From: Mobula hypostoma
Taxonomy: Eukaryota
Length of the DNA: 64,000 nt
Assembly (NCBI RefSeq): GCF_963921235.1
Contig: NC_086123.1
Coordinates: 30,194,001-30,258,000, forward strand
Reading direction: 5' to 3'
Shown: one piece after another, positions 1 through 12,825 of the stretch
How the letters are laid out: each line of letters opens with the position of its first letter
How positions within the stretch are numbered: position 1 is the stretch's first letter
Made by a program: the position numbers and the translations under genes
Notes under the pieces: model-generated
Told to the model about the DNA's origin: nothing
Database searches by the model: none
The model's input: the letters and a program-made list of their open reading frames with translations, nothing else

Positions 1-547
1 TCTAGGATCCCACTTAAACCAGGTGCAAAAAGGTAATGTAGGTAAGTTCAGAGAATTGAATTTGTGGCTCAAATAATTGATTGGACATTGGCAATTAGTA
101 CTTTAATCTCTATATAGACTGGGCGAACCAAATTAGCAAGAATACACATTTAGCTTTCTTGATCAGAGTGTAGGAACGAAGGGAACACCTTATTTTAGAT
201 ATGGTGTCATGGAATGAGAAATGTGTAATTGATATTCTGGTAGTTACAGGGCCTTTTTGGGTAACTGTGATCTTAACGTAGAATTTCACACAAGGAATGA
301 ATGTGATTTAGTTTAATCAGCCATCAACGTGTTAAATCTGAATGAAGCAAAGGATGAAGGGATGTGGGGACAGCTGGCAAAGATGGATTTGGAAACCACA
401 TTAAAATGTATGACTAAAAAGGAAATGGCTAACGCTTGAAGAATACCCTGCCAAGGGTGGTGGTTGAGGCTGACACAACAGGGACTCTCAGAGACTCTCA
501 GATAAGCACATGCATGCAAAAAATGGATTGATCATGGAGTAGGTTTA

Positions 548-555
548 TGTGTGTG

Positions 556-594
<39 letters not shown>
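548..594. repeat. (GT)n(TA)n microsatellite
   Basis: Directly visible dinucleotide runs. Confidence 0.95.
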
Positions 595-598
<4 letters not shown>

Positions 599-604
599 AT
601 ATCA

Positions 605-940
605 GCCAGGACATGGATATGCCCTCTTCTCACTGTTACCATCAGGGAGGAGGTACAGAAGCCTGAAGGCACACACTCAGTGATTCAGGAACAGCTTCTT
701 CCCCTCTGCCTTCCGATTCCTAAATAGATATTGAAACCCACGAACACTACATCACTACTTTTTTGTATTTCTGTTTTTGTTTTTAGCTACTTATTTAACT
801 TAACTATTTAATAGCCATATATATATTCACCGTAAATCAGTTTTTTCCTCTGTACTTATCATGTATTCCATTGTACTGCAACCGTAAAGTTAACAAATTT
901 CATGACATATGCTGGTGATATTAAACCTGATTCTGATTCG
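605..940 (+). mobile_element. Rex1/Babar-type LINE 3' end fragment (related copies at about 3190-5030, 26275-27002, 27160-27620, 46790-47370 and others)
   Basis: Recurrent block 'ccatcagggaggaggtacagaagcctgaag...ttcaggaacagcttcttccc', often ending 'aaacctgattctgattc'. The same block is contiguous with Rex1-type RT coding remnants at 26275 and 29505. Confidence 0.7.
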
Positions 941-1424
941 GCACAATGTGGAGCATCAGATTGTTCTATGTCCCAATACATAGGTTACAGCTAAGAAAAG
1001 AGGACCTTGTGCAACCTGGTGGTATGAAATTATATTCAGACCTACGGAGACAAATGCTGTGCAGCATCACCGAAAGCAGATTCTGAGCCATAGTTGGAGC
1101 TTGTGCAGTGTAGGTTTACCAGAAGAACACCACAGTTAAAACAGCTAAACTGAGGCTAAGACTGCACAGACAATCCGTTGAATAAAATTAGATCACCCTC
1201 AATCTTCTCAAGCATTGAAGGTGATTACAGGATTTACTAGGAAACTTTTTTTCAGGTATGAGAGTCAAAACAAGGTGACATAATCTTAGATTTAGAGATG
1301 GCCACTTATGGTGCCATCAGACAGCTTACCTTCACACAAAAGTTAATAGAAGTCTGGTCTCCACTTCAAATAAAAAAAACTAAATAAGATTTAAAGTTTT
1401 CGTATGAAAAATCTATCAAGATTA

Positions 1425-1650
1425 TACGCTCAGTGGCCACTTTATCTGGTCCACCTATGCACCTGCTTGTTAATGCAAGTATCTGATCAGCAAATCACAT
1501 GGCAGCAGCTCAATGCCTAAAAGCATGCAGACATGGTCAAGAGGTTCAGTTGTCGTTCAGACTCTGAATGCGCAACATGTCGAACTTTGAAGAGGATGTG
1601 CTACAGCAGCAGATCACAACACTGGTCCACTCCTGTGCCTAACAAAGTAG
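1425..1650. mobile_element. Tc1-like non-autonomous DNA transposon remnant
   Basis: Starts TA+cgctcagtggccacttta; the same terminus is seen at 34720-35233. Confidence 0.5.
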
Positions 1651-2101
1651 TGATCTTTATTACTGGGTGCAGATCTGTGGTGAATCATGGAGTTAGAGTA
1701 CAGATCAGCTCTGATCTTGTTAAAATAATGAAACAGCCTGAATTGTCTACATCTTACATATTTTTAAGTGTCCACTTCTTATTTCTTACTCTCCCAGACA
1801 CCAGCACCTCAGACTGCCAAATGCTTAAATGTTTAAAGGTCAGGATCCATAAGGTAACTTCATCCACAAGGCTGCATTAGACTCAGTGTCTTGGTCATTG
1901 AGTTGACCTAAGGCACTAAGTTGACCTAAAAGAGCATTATAACTGTTCCTGGAGCAGCCTTTATCCTATACAGGTACTTACCCTTTCATCAACAATTGTG
2001 TCAGGATCAGAGGATAACTGATTTTCCCTTTATTTGAAATTCTTTAGTCATATCTACCATAATTAATTCAAAGTCCAACCAGAAATTAAACCTAGGATAC
2101 A

Positions 2102-2470
2102 TTCGTTCGTTATGTGCTGTGTCGTAGGATGTGGGCGATAATGGTCTTTCTGTTATCATGATTGTTCTTGGCAAATTTTTCTACAGAAGTGGTTTGCCAA
2201 TGCCTTCTTCTGGGCAGTGTCTTTAAACAAAGGGTGTCCCCAGCCATTATCAATACTCTTCAGAGATTGTCTGCCTGGCGTCAGTGGCCACACAACCAGG
2301 GACTTGTGAGTTGCTGATACGACCATCCCCCACCTGCTCCCATGGCTTTGCGTGACCCTGATCAGGGGGCTAAGCAGGTGCTACACCTTGCCTAAGAACG
2401 ACCTGCAAGCTAGCAGAGGGAAGGAGAACCACAAACCTCTCTTGGTAGAGACCTATCTCCATCCCACTGC
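2102..2470. mobile_element. About 370-bp interspersed retroposon (RTE-like SINE?); further copies at about 22205-22605, 46250-46555, 50595-50970
   Basis: Four similar copies share 'gattgttcttggcaaatttttctacagaagtggtttgcc...tttggtagagac.tatctcca'. Family assignment is uncertain. Confidence 0.65.
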
Positions 2471-3236
2471 CCAAGGATTAATCTGGCCAATTACAAATCC
2501 GATACCATATGCACTAGCTGAGCCATTGGATGGTCAATGCTACACACAAGTTCCAGAGCAGCCCAGCTCTGGATTTCCTAATTGATTCTGACAGATTCCT
2601 ATCAGTTTCCACTCAGATAATCTATCTTCATTCAGTGCTCAAAGGGATAATAGACTTGTTATTGGCTTTCCAGAACAAGGCTTTCAGCATTTTTCCTTCA
2701 CACTGTGCATCCCAATTCTAAATACCCTCTGACTATGGTCAAGCAGGTCAGGCATAGTATGCACTTTGCTTTAGGCAGGAGAAGGGCTTTCCCAATGGTT
2801 TGGGAAGCTGAACTTAACAACTGATTCAAACGAAGCCTGGGCAAATTGGCTGACTTTGAGGGAATTTTTCAACATGGACTCCACAACTACAACAGTCTTT
2901 AATTACTTAAGACTATACATGAATTAGAATATGATTAATTTGGAATTCTGATTCCTGTTTTTCCAAACTTTATGATCTTGCCCTCCTTGAAGATGTTGCA
3001 TTCTGCCTTAAGTCCTTTAACACAATATGCTTGATTTCTAAACAGATTCTCTTCTCCATGTCAATGGGAGAATATTATGTTGCCTTCATTTTCCACTTCT
3101 TGCCACAGCCTGAAATTATCTGTTAAAAACTTTTGGTTACCTCTCCTATGTAACTCTTGCATCACTGCTCAGTAACTTATCCCGCTTGCTGATTTTCCAC
3201 AGATGTACTGTGGAGAGCATTCTAACTGGCTGCAAT

Positions 3237-4573
3237 TGTCATAGCGGGGGCGCTGGGAGGTGGACCCAAATGCAAGGCACAGACACTGAAGTACTAGGAA
3301 CAGGACAGGACTAGAGACTAGAGTTAGGGATGTGACTGGAAGCAGACTAGGAGCTGGGACAAGAACACAGACTTGGGCTAGGACATTGGCTAGGCAAGCG
3401 GGGCCAGGAATAGGAACTGGGAACTGGGAGCCTGGGCTTGGACTCCGAGACAGAGACTGGACAAGGACCCAGAACCTGGGTCTTGACTCGGGCTCGGATC
3501 CCAGAACTAGGTGAGGACATGACGTGGCTACAAGACTGGATATAGCTTGGGTTCCTCAAGGCTTGGGTTCTTCGTGGCTTGGGTTCCTTGAGGCGAGGAC
3601 ATGACGTGGTCTTGGGAGACAGGACTAGGCAAGGCTACAGGACAGAACGACAGACTCCTGCGCAGGACGAGGGAACTCCAGCGCAGGACGAGAACACGAA
3701 GCCTTGACTTGGTACTCAGGAACAGACGAGCCTTGGACTTGGAACAACTGGAACCTCGGAACTTTGGACTTGGGACGACAGGAACGCAGAACACAGAGCA
3801 TTGGTCTTGGGGAGGACAGGAACACAGAGCCTTGGTCTAGAGCACGGGAACACAGAGCCTTGGACTTGAGACAGGAACACAGAGCCGGGACCCCTCCTTG
3901 GGAACAGGACTTAGGGCTGGGACTCATACATGGAGAACAGAGCCAGGACCCCTCCTTGGGAGCAGGGCTTGGGGACAGAGCTCTACACAGAATGCTGAAC
4001 ACAACAAGATGGTTCCCAACATTAGGTAACAGCAAATGGCCAGACCTACCTAGCGAAGGCATGGAAACAGAGAGAGTTCCAAATACTAGGTAGTGGCAAA
4101 CGGCCAGACCTACCTAGCGAAGGCGTGGACACAGAGACAGTTCCAACTCAATGATAGACAGTTCCTTATCTTGACACAGCAAGACTCTGGTTTTGCTCCG
4201 GTGGTTGAACTTGACAAGGTTGCAGGCAAGGCTTCAGAAGGAAGGGGAAGGGAAGGGAACGGTCCAGCCTCAGGGTAACAGCAAAGATGGCCTGGCTTAC
4301 CCAACAGAGGCAAGGACAGGAAGGGACAGATCCAACCGTAGGGTAACGGCAAAGCCGGCCTGACTTACCCCATGGAGGCGAGGACGGGATACTGATAAGA
4401 CAAACCAGCAACCACACTCGAACCTAGGGCCACATATGCCCAGCCCCAAGACGAGCATCAGGTGCCTATAATTAAGCCCAACTGAAACGAAGGATAGCCG
4501 GAAGACCCGGAGTACGGAGTCCACAGACCGGACCATGAACCGGAACGCGGACTTCACGGACCAGACCATGACA
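3237..4573 (-). mobile_element. Solo LTR (Gypsy-like), 1337 bp, with internal short tandem repeats
   Basis: TGTCAT...ATGACA inverted termini, near-perfect 5-bp TSD (gcaat/gcatt), and it interrupts a LINE fragment ('ctaactggctgca|ttactgtctggtat'). Confidence 0.75.
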
Positions 4574-5454
4574 GCATTACTGTCTGGTATTGGCGGGGGT
4601 GGGGGGCTGTTGTGGTGGCTACTGCACAGGATCAAAATAAGCTGCAGAAAGTTGTAAACTCAGCCAGCTCCATTAAGGGCACCATCTAGGCCATCTTCAA
4701 GCAGCGATGCCTCAAGAAGGGGGCATCCATCATTAAAGACCCCCACCACCCAGGTCATGCCCTCTTCTCATTGCTACCATCAGGGAGGAGGTACAGAAGC
4801 CTGAAAGCACACACTCAATGATTCAGGAACAGCTTCTTCCCCTCTGCTATGCCTTCTGATTTCTGAATGGACAATGAACTCATGAGCACTACCTTACAAC
4901 TTTTTTTTGCACAACTTATTTAGCTTTTTAATATGTTTCTTACTGTAATTATTGTGTATTGCAATGTACTGCTGGCGCACAACAACAAATTTCACAACAT
5001 ATGCCAGTGATATTAAACCTGATTCTGTTTCCAACCCCCACCCCCACTTCTTCATGGGAACACTATTGTGGGGAAGTCAAATCAATAGCAAAAGTTTCAG
5101 ATCACTCTTTGTATTCCTCTTTCATAACATCAAGAATAGAGCATTTTCTCTGAACTGTTTAATGACACTTTGCACAATGTATGCTACCTTTCAGTCTAAT
5201 GAAGGCTTGTATGGGTCACTTGTTCTCCTCAGGTAATGTGGCCTGTAGATTTTGCTACGAATTCTAGATGTTTGCCAGGGCCGTGGCCGGTGGAGAGGGA
5301 GTGAAGGCAAAGGACTTTGGTGTTAATTTAAAAATCACTGCATGTGCAATGTGGAAGAGTAATGATAACATCAATAATCTAGAATTTCTTGCAGCGCTGG
5401 TACTCTGCAAGATCAGGGCATCATTTACAATGAACATGAAGTAACATTTTCCTG

Positions 5455-5810
5455 AGCAACACACACAAAATGCTGGAGGAATTCAGCTGGTCAGGCAGCA
5501 TCTATCAAAATGAATTAACAGTCGACCCTTCTTCAGGACTGGAAAGGAAGGGGAAAGACGCCAGAATAAAAGGGTGAGGGCATGAGGAAGGAGGACGAGC
5601 TAGTAGGTAAAGCCAAGTGGGTGAGAAATGTAAAGGACTGGAGAGGAAAGAATCCGATAGGAGAGTGGACCATAGGAGAAAAGGAAGGTGGAGAGTACCC
5701 GGGGGGAGGTGATAAGCAGGTGAGAAGAGGCAAGAGGCCAGAATGGGGAATAGAAGAAGAGGGGAGGAGGAGGGAAGGTTTTTTTAAAAACCGGAAGGAG
5801 AAATCGGTCT
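5455..5810 (-). mobile_element. Penelope-like element 3' end / pseudo-LTR, family B (other copies about 15190-15500, 25430-25835, 35805-35985, 36257-36450, 42675-42925, 43370-43580, 48975-49220, 50040-50260, 56990-57200)
   Basis: Copies at 25770-25830 and 49141-49215 encode, on the minus strand, (EEQ)HLIFHLGxLxPDxMNI, typical of the C-terminus of Penelope GIY-YIG ORFs. This is followed by a pyrimidine-rich tract and a decayed hammerhead motif. Confidence 0.75.
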
Positions 5811-5817
5811 AATTAAT

Positions 5818-6085
5818 TAATTAATTGAGATACAATGTGGAATAGGCCCTTCTGGCCCTTTGAGCCATACAGCAACCCACCAATTTAACACTCACCAAAT
5901 CACGGGACGATTCCCAATGACTAACCAATCTACCAACCAGTACGTCTTTGGACAGTGGAAGGAAACTGGAGCACCCGGAGGAAACCCATGTGGGGAGAAC
6001 ATACAAACCCCTTACAGACAGCGGCGGGAATTGAACCCGGGTTGTCTGTACTGTAAAGTGCTGTGCTAACCACTACGCTACTGTA
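5818..6085 (-). mobile_element. tRNA-derived V-SINE (HE1/HER1-like); other copies about 14215-14500(-), 16135-16420(-), 24930-25160(-), 34800-35035(-), 37215-37465(+), 44830-45065(+), 59755-60040(+)
   Basis: A/B-box-like head 'gtagcgtagtggttagcac...ggttcaattccc', V-domain 'gggtttcctccgggtgctccggtttcctcccac', tail 'ctgtatctcaataaataaa'. Confidence 0.8.
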
Positions 6086-6625
6086 CTGGCCTCATTCTGC
6101 ATATTTGGCAAAGGGTCTGTTATACCCTCCACTTTGTTTTGTTTGACATAAGCATCTTTCTTGCCTGAATTTATTCCCATTTTAAAACATCTCACATCAG
6201 CAGTGAGCAAAAAAGTCCCCCCTCCAACAAATCCACCAGCAAGTCCCCTACGACTAATGGCCTCTGTGAAATCATACAACTGAGGAAGCTTTAGGGATTT
6301 TACAGTCTTGCAGGTGCTTTCTCATAGTATTATGTGCAGATACAGTAACTGCACCCACTTGTCTCCTAATTTGCTACTCTGTTTTCTGAATGTCTCTGTA
6401 ATATCCAAAATTACATGTGCCACCCGTCCCTGGTTACAGATGCCCAAATTACAGACATCCGTATGTATGAACAAGCTCCTAGAATATTAGTAAACTCAAA
6501 GGTCCAATATGCATACATATGTTCATCCCTACGAACATCAAAACTGGTTTCCTCTCTCTCATTCTCTGCTACTGGTAATCGTTCTACCTTTTCAACCTCA
6601 CGTGTATTGGATCTCATTCATTATA

Positions 6626-6779
6626 CAGGTCGACCTTCACTAATCCGACTACCTGTAATCTGGTATCTTCAATAGTCTGGCATTGATTATGATTAATGTG
6701 ATCCTTCTGTAATTCGGCATTTTCACTAATCCGGCACTCCTCAGGACCCAATGGGGTCAGATTAGTGAAGGTTGACCTG
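6626..6779. mobile_element. pogo/Tigger-like MITE, 154 bp
   Basis: 24-bp TIRs caggtcgaccttcactaatccgac / gtcagattagtgaaggttgacctg flanked by TA on both sides. A fragment recurs at about 34908-34945. Confidence 0.8.
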
Positions 6780-7180
6780 TAATACCTTGGAGGGATAGTG
6801 TTAAGATAAGTAGCTTTTGATCGAAGAAAAATGGCTGGCGTCACTTCACAGTTTCGTGCAAGGTTGTTTATTCAGTGCATCAAAAAAATCAAACGAATAT
6901 AGTGAAAAGAAAACTGCCAATATTTACCAAAAACTATATGTAGAAAACACAAATACTATTTCCGGTGTGAACTCCTGGCAGCTTGACCTCTCCCTCTCTC
7001 CCTCCTACCAAGATCGATCCACCCCATCTTTTTAGACAGCAGGACATACCATCTTCAATTACCCATAAAGTTAAATTAAGACTACACATGAATTAGAGCA
7101 TGATGCACCCATAATGTAATTACAATCATATTACAGAATAAACAAAAGTATCTACCATAAATACAGTATGCAAAGAATAC

Positions 7181-10100
7181 AAGACCATAAGATATAGGAG
7201 CAGAATTAGACTATTTGGCCCATCGAGTCTGCTCCGCCATTTCATCATGGCTGATCCATTTTTCCAGCTGCCGGTGGCAACGAGTTCCACAGATTCACCA
7301 CTCTCTGGCTAAAGAAATTCCCCCTCATCTCCATTCTAAAAGGACACCCCTCCATTTTGAGGCTGTGTCCTCTGGGCTTAGACTCCCACCATAGAAAACA
7401 TCTTCTCCACATCCACTGTATCAAGGCCTTCCACCATTCGATAGTTTTCAATTAGGTCACCCCTCATTCTTCTAAATTCCAGTGAATAAAGGCCCAGAAT
7501 CAAACACTCTTCATATGACAAGCCGTTTAGTCCCAGAATTATTTTAGTGAACCTTCTTTGAACCCTCTCCAGTTTCAGCATGTCCTTTATAAGATAAGGG
7601 GACCAAAACTGCTCACAACACTCCAAGAGAGGCATCAACAGTGTTTTAGAAAGTCTCAACATTACTTCCTTGCTTTCATATTCTAGTCCTCTTGAAATGA
7701 ATGCTAATATCACATTTGCCTTCCTCAGCACAGACTCAACCTGCAAATTAACATTTAGAGCATCCCGCACAAGGGCTCCCAAACACTTTGCTCCATAGAC
7801 TTTTTGTATTTTCTCTCCATTTAGAAAATAGTCAACCCTTTCATTTATTCTACTGAAGTGCATGACCATATACTTCCCAACACTGTATTTCATCTGCCAC
7901 TTCTTTGACTATTCTCCTAATCTGTCTCAGTCCTACTGCAGCCTCTCTACTTCCTCAAAACTACCTGCCCCTCCACCTATCTTCGTATCATCTGCAAGCT
8001 TTGCAACAAAGCCATCAATTCCATCATCCAAATCATTGACATATAACATAAAAAGAAAAAGAATTGGTCCCAACACAGACCCCTGTGGAACACCACTAGT
8101 CACTGGCAGCCAACCAGAAAAGGCTCCCTTTATTCCCACTCTTTGCCTCCTGCCAATCAGCCACTGCTTTATCCATGCTAGAATCTTTCCTGTAATACCA
8201 TGGGCTCGTAGCTTGTTAAGCAGCCTCATATTTTGCACCTTGTCAAAGGCCTTCTGAAAATCCAAGTACACAACATCAACTGATTCTCCTTTGTCTATCC
8301 TGCTTGTTATTTCTTCTAACAATTCGAACAGATCTGTCAGGCAAGATTTTCTCTTGAGGAATCCATGCTAAGGTCTATATTATCACGTCCCTCCAAGTAC
8401 CCGAAAATCACATCCTTAACAACCATCTCCAACATCTTCCCAACCACTGAGGTCAGACTAACTCTCCTATAGTTTCCTTTCTCCCGTCTCTCGCCCATCT
8501 TGAAGAGTGCAGTGACAATTGCAATTTTCCAGTCTTCTGGAACCGCTCAAGAATATAATGAATCTTGAAAGATCATTACCAATTCCTCCACAATCTCTTC
8601 AGCCACCTCTGGGGTGTACACCATCCGGTCTAGGTGACTTATCTACCTTCAGACTTTTCAGTTTCCTAAGAACCTTCTCTCTAGTCATGGTAACTTCACA
8701 CTCTTCATGTCCCATGACACCTGGAACTTCCACCATACTGCTTGTCTCTTCCACAGTGAAGAACTGATACAAAGTACTTATTCAGTTTGTCTTCCATTTC
8801 CTTGAACCCCATTATTATCTCTCCAGCTTCATTTTCCAGCAGTCCGATACCCACTCTCTCCTCTCTTTTACACTTAATATATCCGAAGAAACTTTTGGTA
8901 TCCTCTATAATATTATTGACTAGCTTATTTTCATATTCCATTTGTACCTTCTTAATGACTTTTTAGTTGCTTTCTGTTGGTTTTTAAAAGCTTCCCCAAC
9001 CTATTATATGCCCTCTCCTTGGCTTTTATGTTGGCTTTGATTTCCCTTGTTAGCCATGGTTATGTCATCTTGTCTTTAGAATACTTCTTCCTCTTTGGGA
9101 TGTATATATCCTGTGCCTTCCAAATTGCTTCCAGAAATTCCAGCCTTTGCTGCTCTGCCGTCATCCCTGCTAGTGTTCTTTTCCAATTAGTCGGGCTAAC
9201 TTCTCTCTCATGCCTCTGTAATTCCCTTTACTCTGCTGTAATATTGATTTTCCCAATCTACCTGCAAATTTTAATCTCCCATGACTATTGTAACATTGCC
9301 CTTTCGGCGTGCATTTTCTATCTCCCATTGTAACTTGTAGACCACATCCTTACTACTGTTTGGGAGTCTGTGTACAACTCCCATCAGGGTCTTTTTACTC
9401 TTGCAGTTCCTTAGATCTATCCACTATGACTCAACACCTTCCGACCCTATATCACATCTTCCTAATGATTTAATTTTATTTTTTACCGACAGAGTCACAC
9501 AACCCCCTCTGCCTTCCTGCCTATCCTTTCAAAACAATGTGTATCCTTGGAGGAGAAACTTGTGTGGCCCTGTGATCCCGAGAGCGATGCCGTCTGAAGC
9601 TATGCTCCTGGTAGGGTCACTCATGGCGGTAAGATCGAGGGTGAGGTCCCTGACAAAGAACAATCCAACCAAGACCTCAACGGTGGAACAGGCAGACGAA
9701 GTAACTTCGAACTCAACAGCTGTGAAGGTGGATGAAGGCTGCAACAAATCCATCAGCTCAATCGTCATGGTTTCCATGCCATTGGAATCAGTTGGTTGAT
9801 TTGTGAAGTAACGTGTGCTTCTTGGAGTGCAACATCGAGTACACGTTAAACAAATACACACACAGGCGTCTTCGCTCTGTGGGCCACTTCTTCAGAATGA
9901 AGACCATCATCCTCGACGTCAAGGGATAGCCACGACAATGACGATCCTTGGACATTAAGCTCCTAGCACTAATCCTGCTTCAGCCATGATTCAGTGATGC
10001 CTGCAACATCATACTTGCTCATGTGTAACTGTGCTACAAGTTCATGGACCTTATTCCGTATACTGCACACATTCAAATATAACACCTTTAGTCCTGTATT

Positions 10101-10335
10101 CACCGTTTTCGATTTTGTCCGCCTTTTACAACTCATCCTGTTGACTGCAATTTCGCCCTATCATCAGCCTCTCCTCACTGCACATTGCCTCTGTTTGTAA
10201 ACCAACCACCTCACCTTCAGCACTATCAGTCCGGTTCCCATAGCCTAGCCAATTAGTTTAAACCCACCCAAACAACTCTAGCCAACCTGCTTGCGAGGAT
10301 TCTAGACCCCCTCGGCTTCAGGTGTAACCCGTCCC
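7181..10335 (-). mobile_element. Degenerate CR1 LINE (ORF2 remnants)
   Basis: ORF pieces with YLDFQKAFD, GVPQGSVLGP, ADDTK and QFWSPYL; multiple frameshifts; CR1-type 3' tail near 7181. Confidence 0.9.
9552..9943. mobile_element. About 390-bp retroposon nested in the CR1
   Basis: Bounded by the 9-bp direct repeat atccttgga (9543-9551 and 9944-9952); CR1 homology resumes after it. Confidence 0.65.
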
Positions 10336-10489
10336 TATACACATATACACATTTACACATCCACATTACTACAGAAATGATTTATTCCCCATGTATGGCG
10401 GGAAAGGCAGCATAAAGCCAACCCGAGCACATCAGCTCGGTTTAGGACCCATTATGAGAACATACGGGGGAAGACATTGAAGTGTGCAC

Positions 10490-10700
10490 NNNNNNNNNNN
10501 NNNNNNNNNNNNNNNNNNNNNNNNNNNNNNNNNNNNNNNNNNNNNNNNNNNNNNNNNNNNNNNNNNNNNNNNNNNNNNNNNNNNNNNNNNNNNNNNNNNN
10601 NNNNNNNNNNNNNNNNNNNNNNNNNNNNNNNNNNNNNNNNNNNNNNNNNNNNNNNNNNNNNNNNNNNNNNNNNNNNNNNNNNNNNNNNNNNNNNNNNNNN
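10490..10700. other. Assembly gap (211 N)
   Basis: Run of n. Confidence 1.
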
Positions 10701-12339
10701 GAGTTTACAGAGTGCTCTCTATCACAGGTAGCTGTAATATCAATTGATATTTGGACAAAATCAACTTAAGTTAGTCTGTGAAAATGGAACAAGTTTGCTA
10801 CCCAGGCATGGCCTGTATAGAGTTTGGCTACTTCTCCTATTCTAAATGGGGAATCATTACCATGGTTCTATTTGCTGATTGTAATAATGTTAATAATCAC
10901 ACGACAAGCACAGTTGGTCCACGATACAAGTTTGTGTCGGAATTCTTTCAGCCTCTTTCTGTCTCGGAAGCAATAATGACTCAAGATTAACTTTGTATCT
11001 TCCCGACTACATTCATTTCCTGTTTTGCTCCTGTTTGCATCCTCTGCCAAAATTGTTCATCAACTAGCTTGTGTGCAACTGCTGGGAGTACGTGTAATAC
11101 ACAGCACTACACCCTTGAACTCCTCCCCCCTGCCATGGAAAGCACCTGCTCCAAAGTGAACATTCAGCCCCTTCCCCTCGGCAACTTCATGCCCCCCGCC
11201 GACGTTCCACAGAACCCGGTAAGGGGAAGAGAACTCTTCCCACATCTTGATGCCAGTCAACGTGCTCTAGCATATTACTAAACTCTGGCTCATTGCTACA
11301 TCTCAAGGCTGCTCTCGAGTTTGTTTGCAAAAGCAGATCATATTGGCTTGTGGTTAAATGATGTCAGGAACAACTGTGAATCTTTCAATTTTAGCCATTT
11401 ACTCACTGGCGGACTGACTCAGCAACTCAATGAAAACAAAAAAGTAGCAAAGACTTCAAAGTACCCAACAGTTTTTTTTACCGTTCAGCTCTCCGAAGTA
11501 CAATTATACTTTGTTGTGGTCTTTGAGTTAACGTACCAAAAAAAAGTGATATATTATTTTTCCAAGTTTGTTGAAATCTTTAATCATTTGTTGAATATAT
11601 TCTGATCTTCATTATTTCTTTGAACAATGCATTCAGTTGATTAATTTCAGGTGACAATCTATTGTGCGGAATTAGTCACCATATTGTGGTTGACTGATGA
11701 TTTCAATGGGCTGGGGGTCTAGACTATATATGTGAATATTCTGCATCGTTGTATCTTACTGATATTCTATATGTGCTTTTTGCCTTGTATGTGCAAGGAC
11801 TTAGGTCTCAAGCCATGATTTTAAACCTCCGCTACCTTGCAGCCATGGGAAAGGCTTCGGGAGTAAATCCGGGGCCAGGGTCCTAAGGCAGTTTGATGTT
11901 GTTTACAACTTCACTCTGGCAACCTCTGTGACGACATTGGTGCCAAACTGTATCGGCGCTTGCCCTTCCCTTGGACTACGTCAGTGACGTGGAGAGGGGG
12001 AACCTGCTGCATGGGCAACAGCCAGTTCTTCAAATCTTCCCGCCCAGGCTTGTGCCCTGGAGAGGACACAGTCCACTAGAGGTGCACACTCATGATCCCC
12101 TGGGATCGACAGCTGCTGATGAAGGTGATACCATTTGTGCTTGCTGCCTTGTATGTGAGTGTCAGTACGGTGTTTTGCACTTTGACCTGCGAGTAATGCT
12201 GTCTCGTTTGGTTGTATTCATGAGTATTCATGTATGGTTGAATGACAATTAAACTTGAATTGCACTGGATTGAATAATCCTGGAGTTTATGAGAAAGTGC
12301 ACAGAATTAATACAACTGGTTTTCACTCCAAGAGCCCAA

Positions 12340-12825
12340 ACATCATAACATAGGCCCAGCTCCATGCATCCTCCCTGTGGACGTATGGAACTGGGCCTCT
12401 CTATGAACCCTTCACTCTGAGTAACCTGGCACCCGAGAACAGTTTTCAGCATGAGGGCCAGCATATACCATAGTCTTCACCATAAAGACCCAGCATTCCG
12501 CACAAAGGCCTTCGCCGTCAGTACTCAGTCAATCAACATCTTGGTCTTCACCACGAAGGTCCAGCTAGTGTGTACCACCGTCTTCACTGTGAGTACCCAG
12601 GCCTCTATGACATAGTCTTGATCATGTGGACCCAGGTAATCTCTACCAGGGACATCACTGACCAGCCAATCTATTCCATGGACATCACTGAGAGGATCCA
12701 GCTATTGTACACTACAGTGTTCACCATGAAGGTCCAGCCACAATGTACCAGTCTTCACTGTGGCACCCGAGCACATAGCCCTCACCTTGATCGCCCAGGC
12801 GCTCTACACCACCGTCTTCACTACA
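12340..12825. repeat. Degenerate minisatellite, about 33-35 bp period
   Basis: Recurrent 'tac(c)acagtcttcaccatgaag(g/a)(t/c)ccagc'-like units. Confidence 0.6.

Noticed and set aside
3332-4635. Cluster of overlapping ORFs
   Set aside because: By-products of low-complexity repeats inside the solo LTR; no recognisable domain.
10477-10769. ORFs full of X
   Set aside because: They span the N gap.
12340-12825. CRISPR-like array
   Set aside because: Eukaryotic context, degenerate units without unique spacers, and no cas genes. The same applies to 48383-48530.
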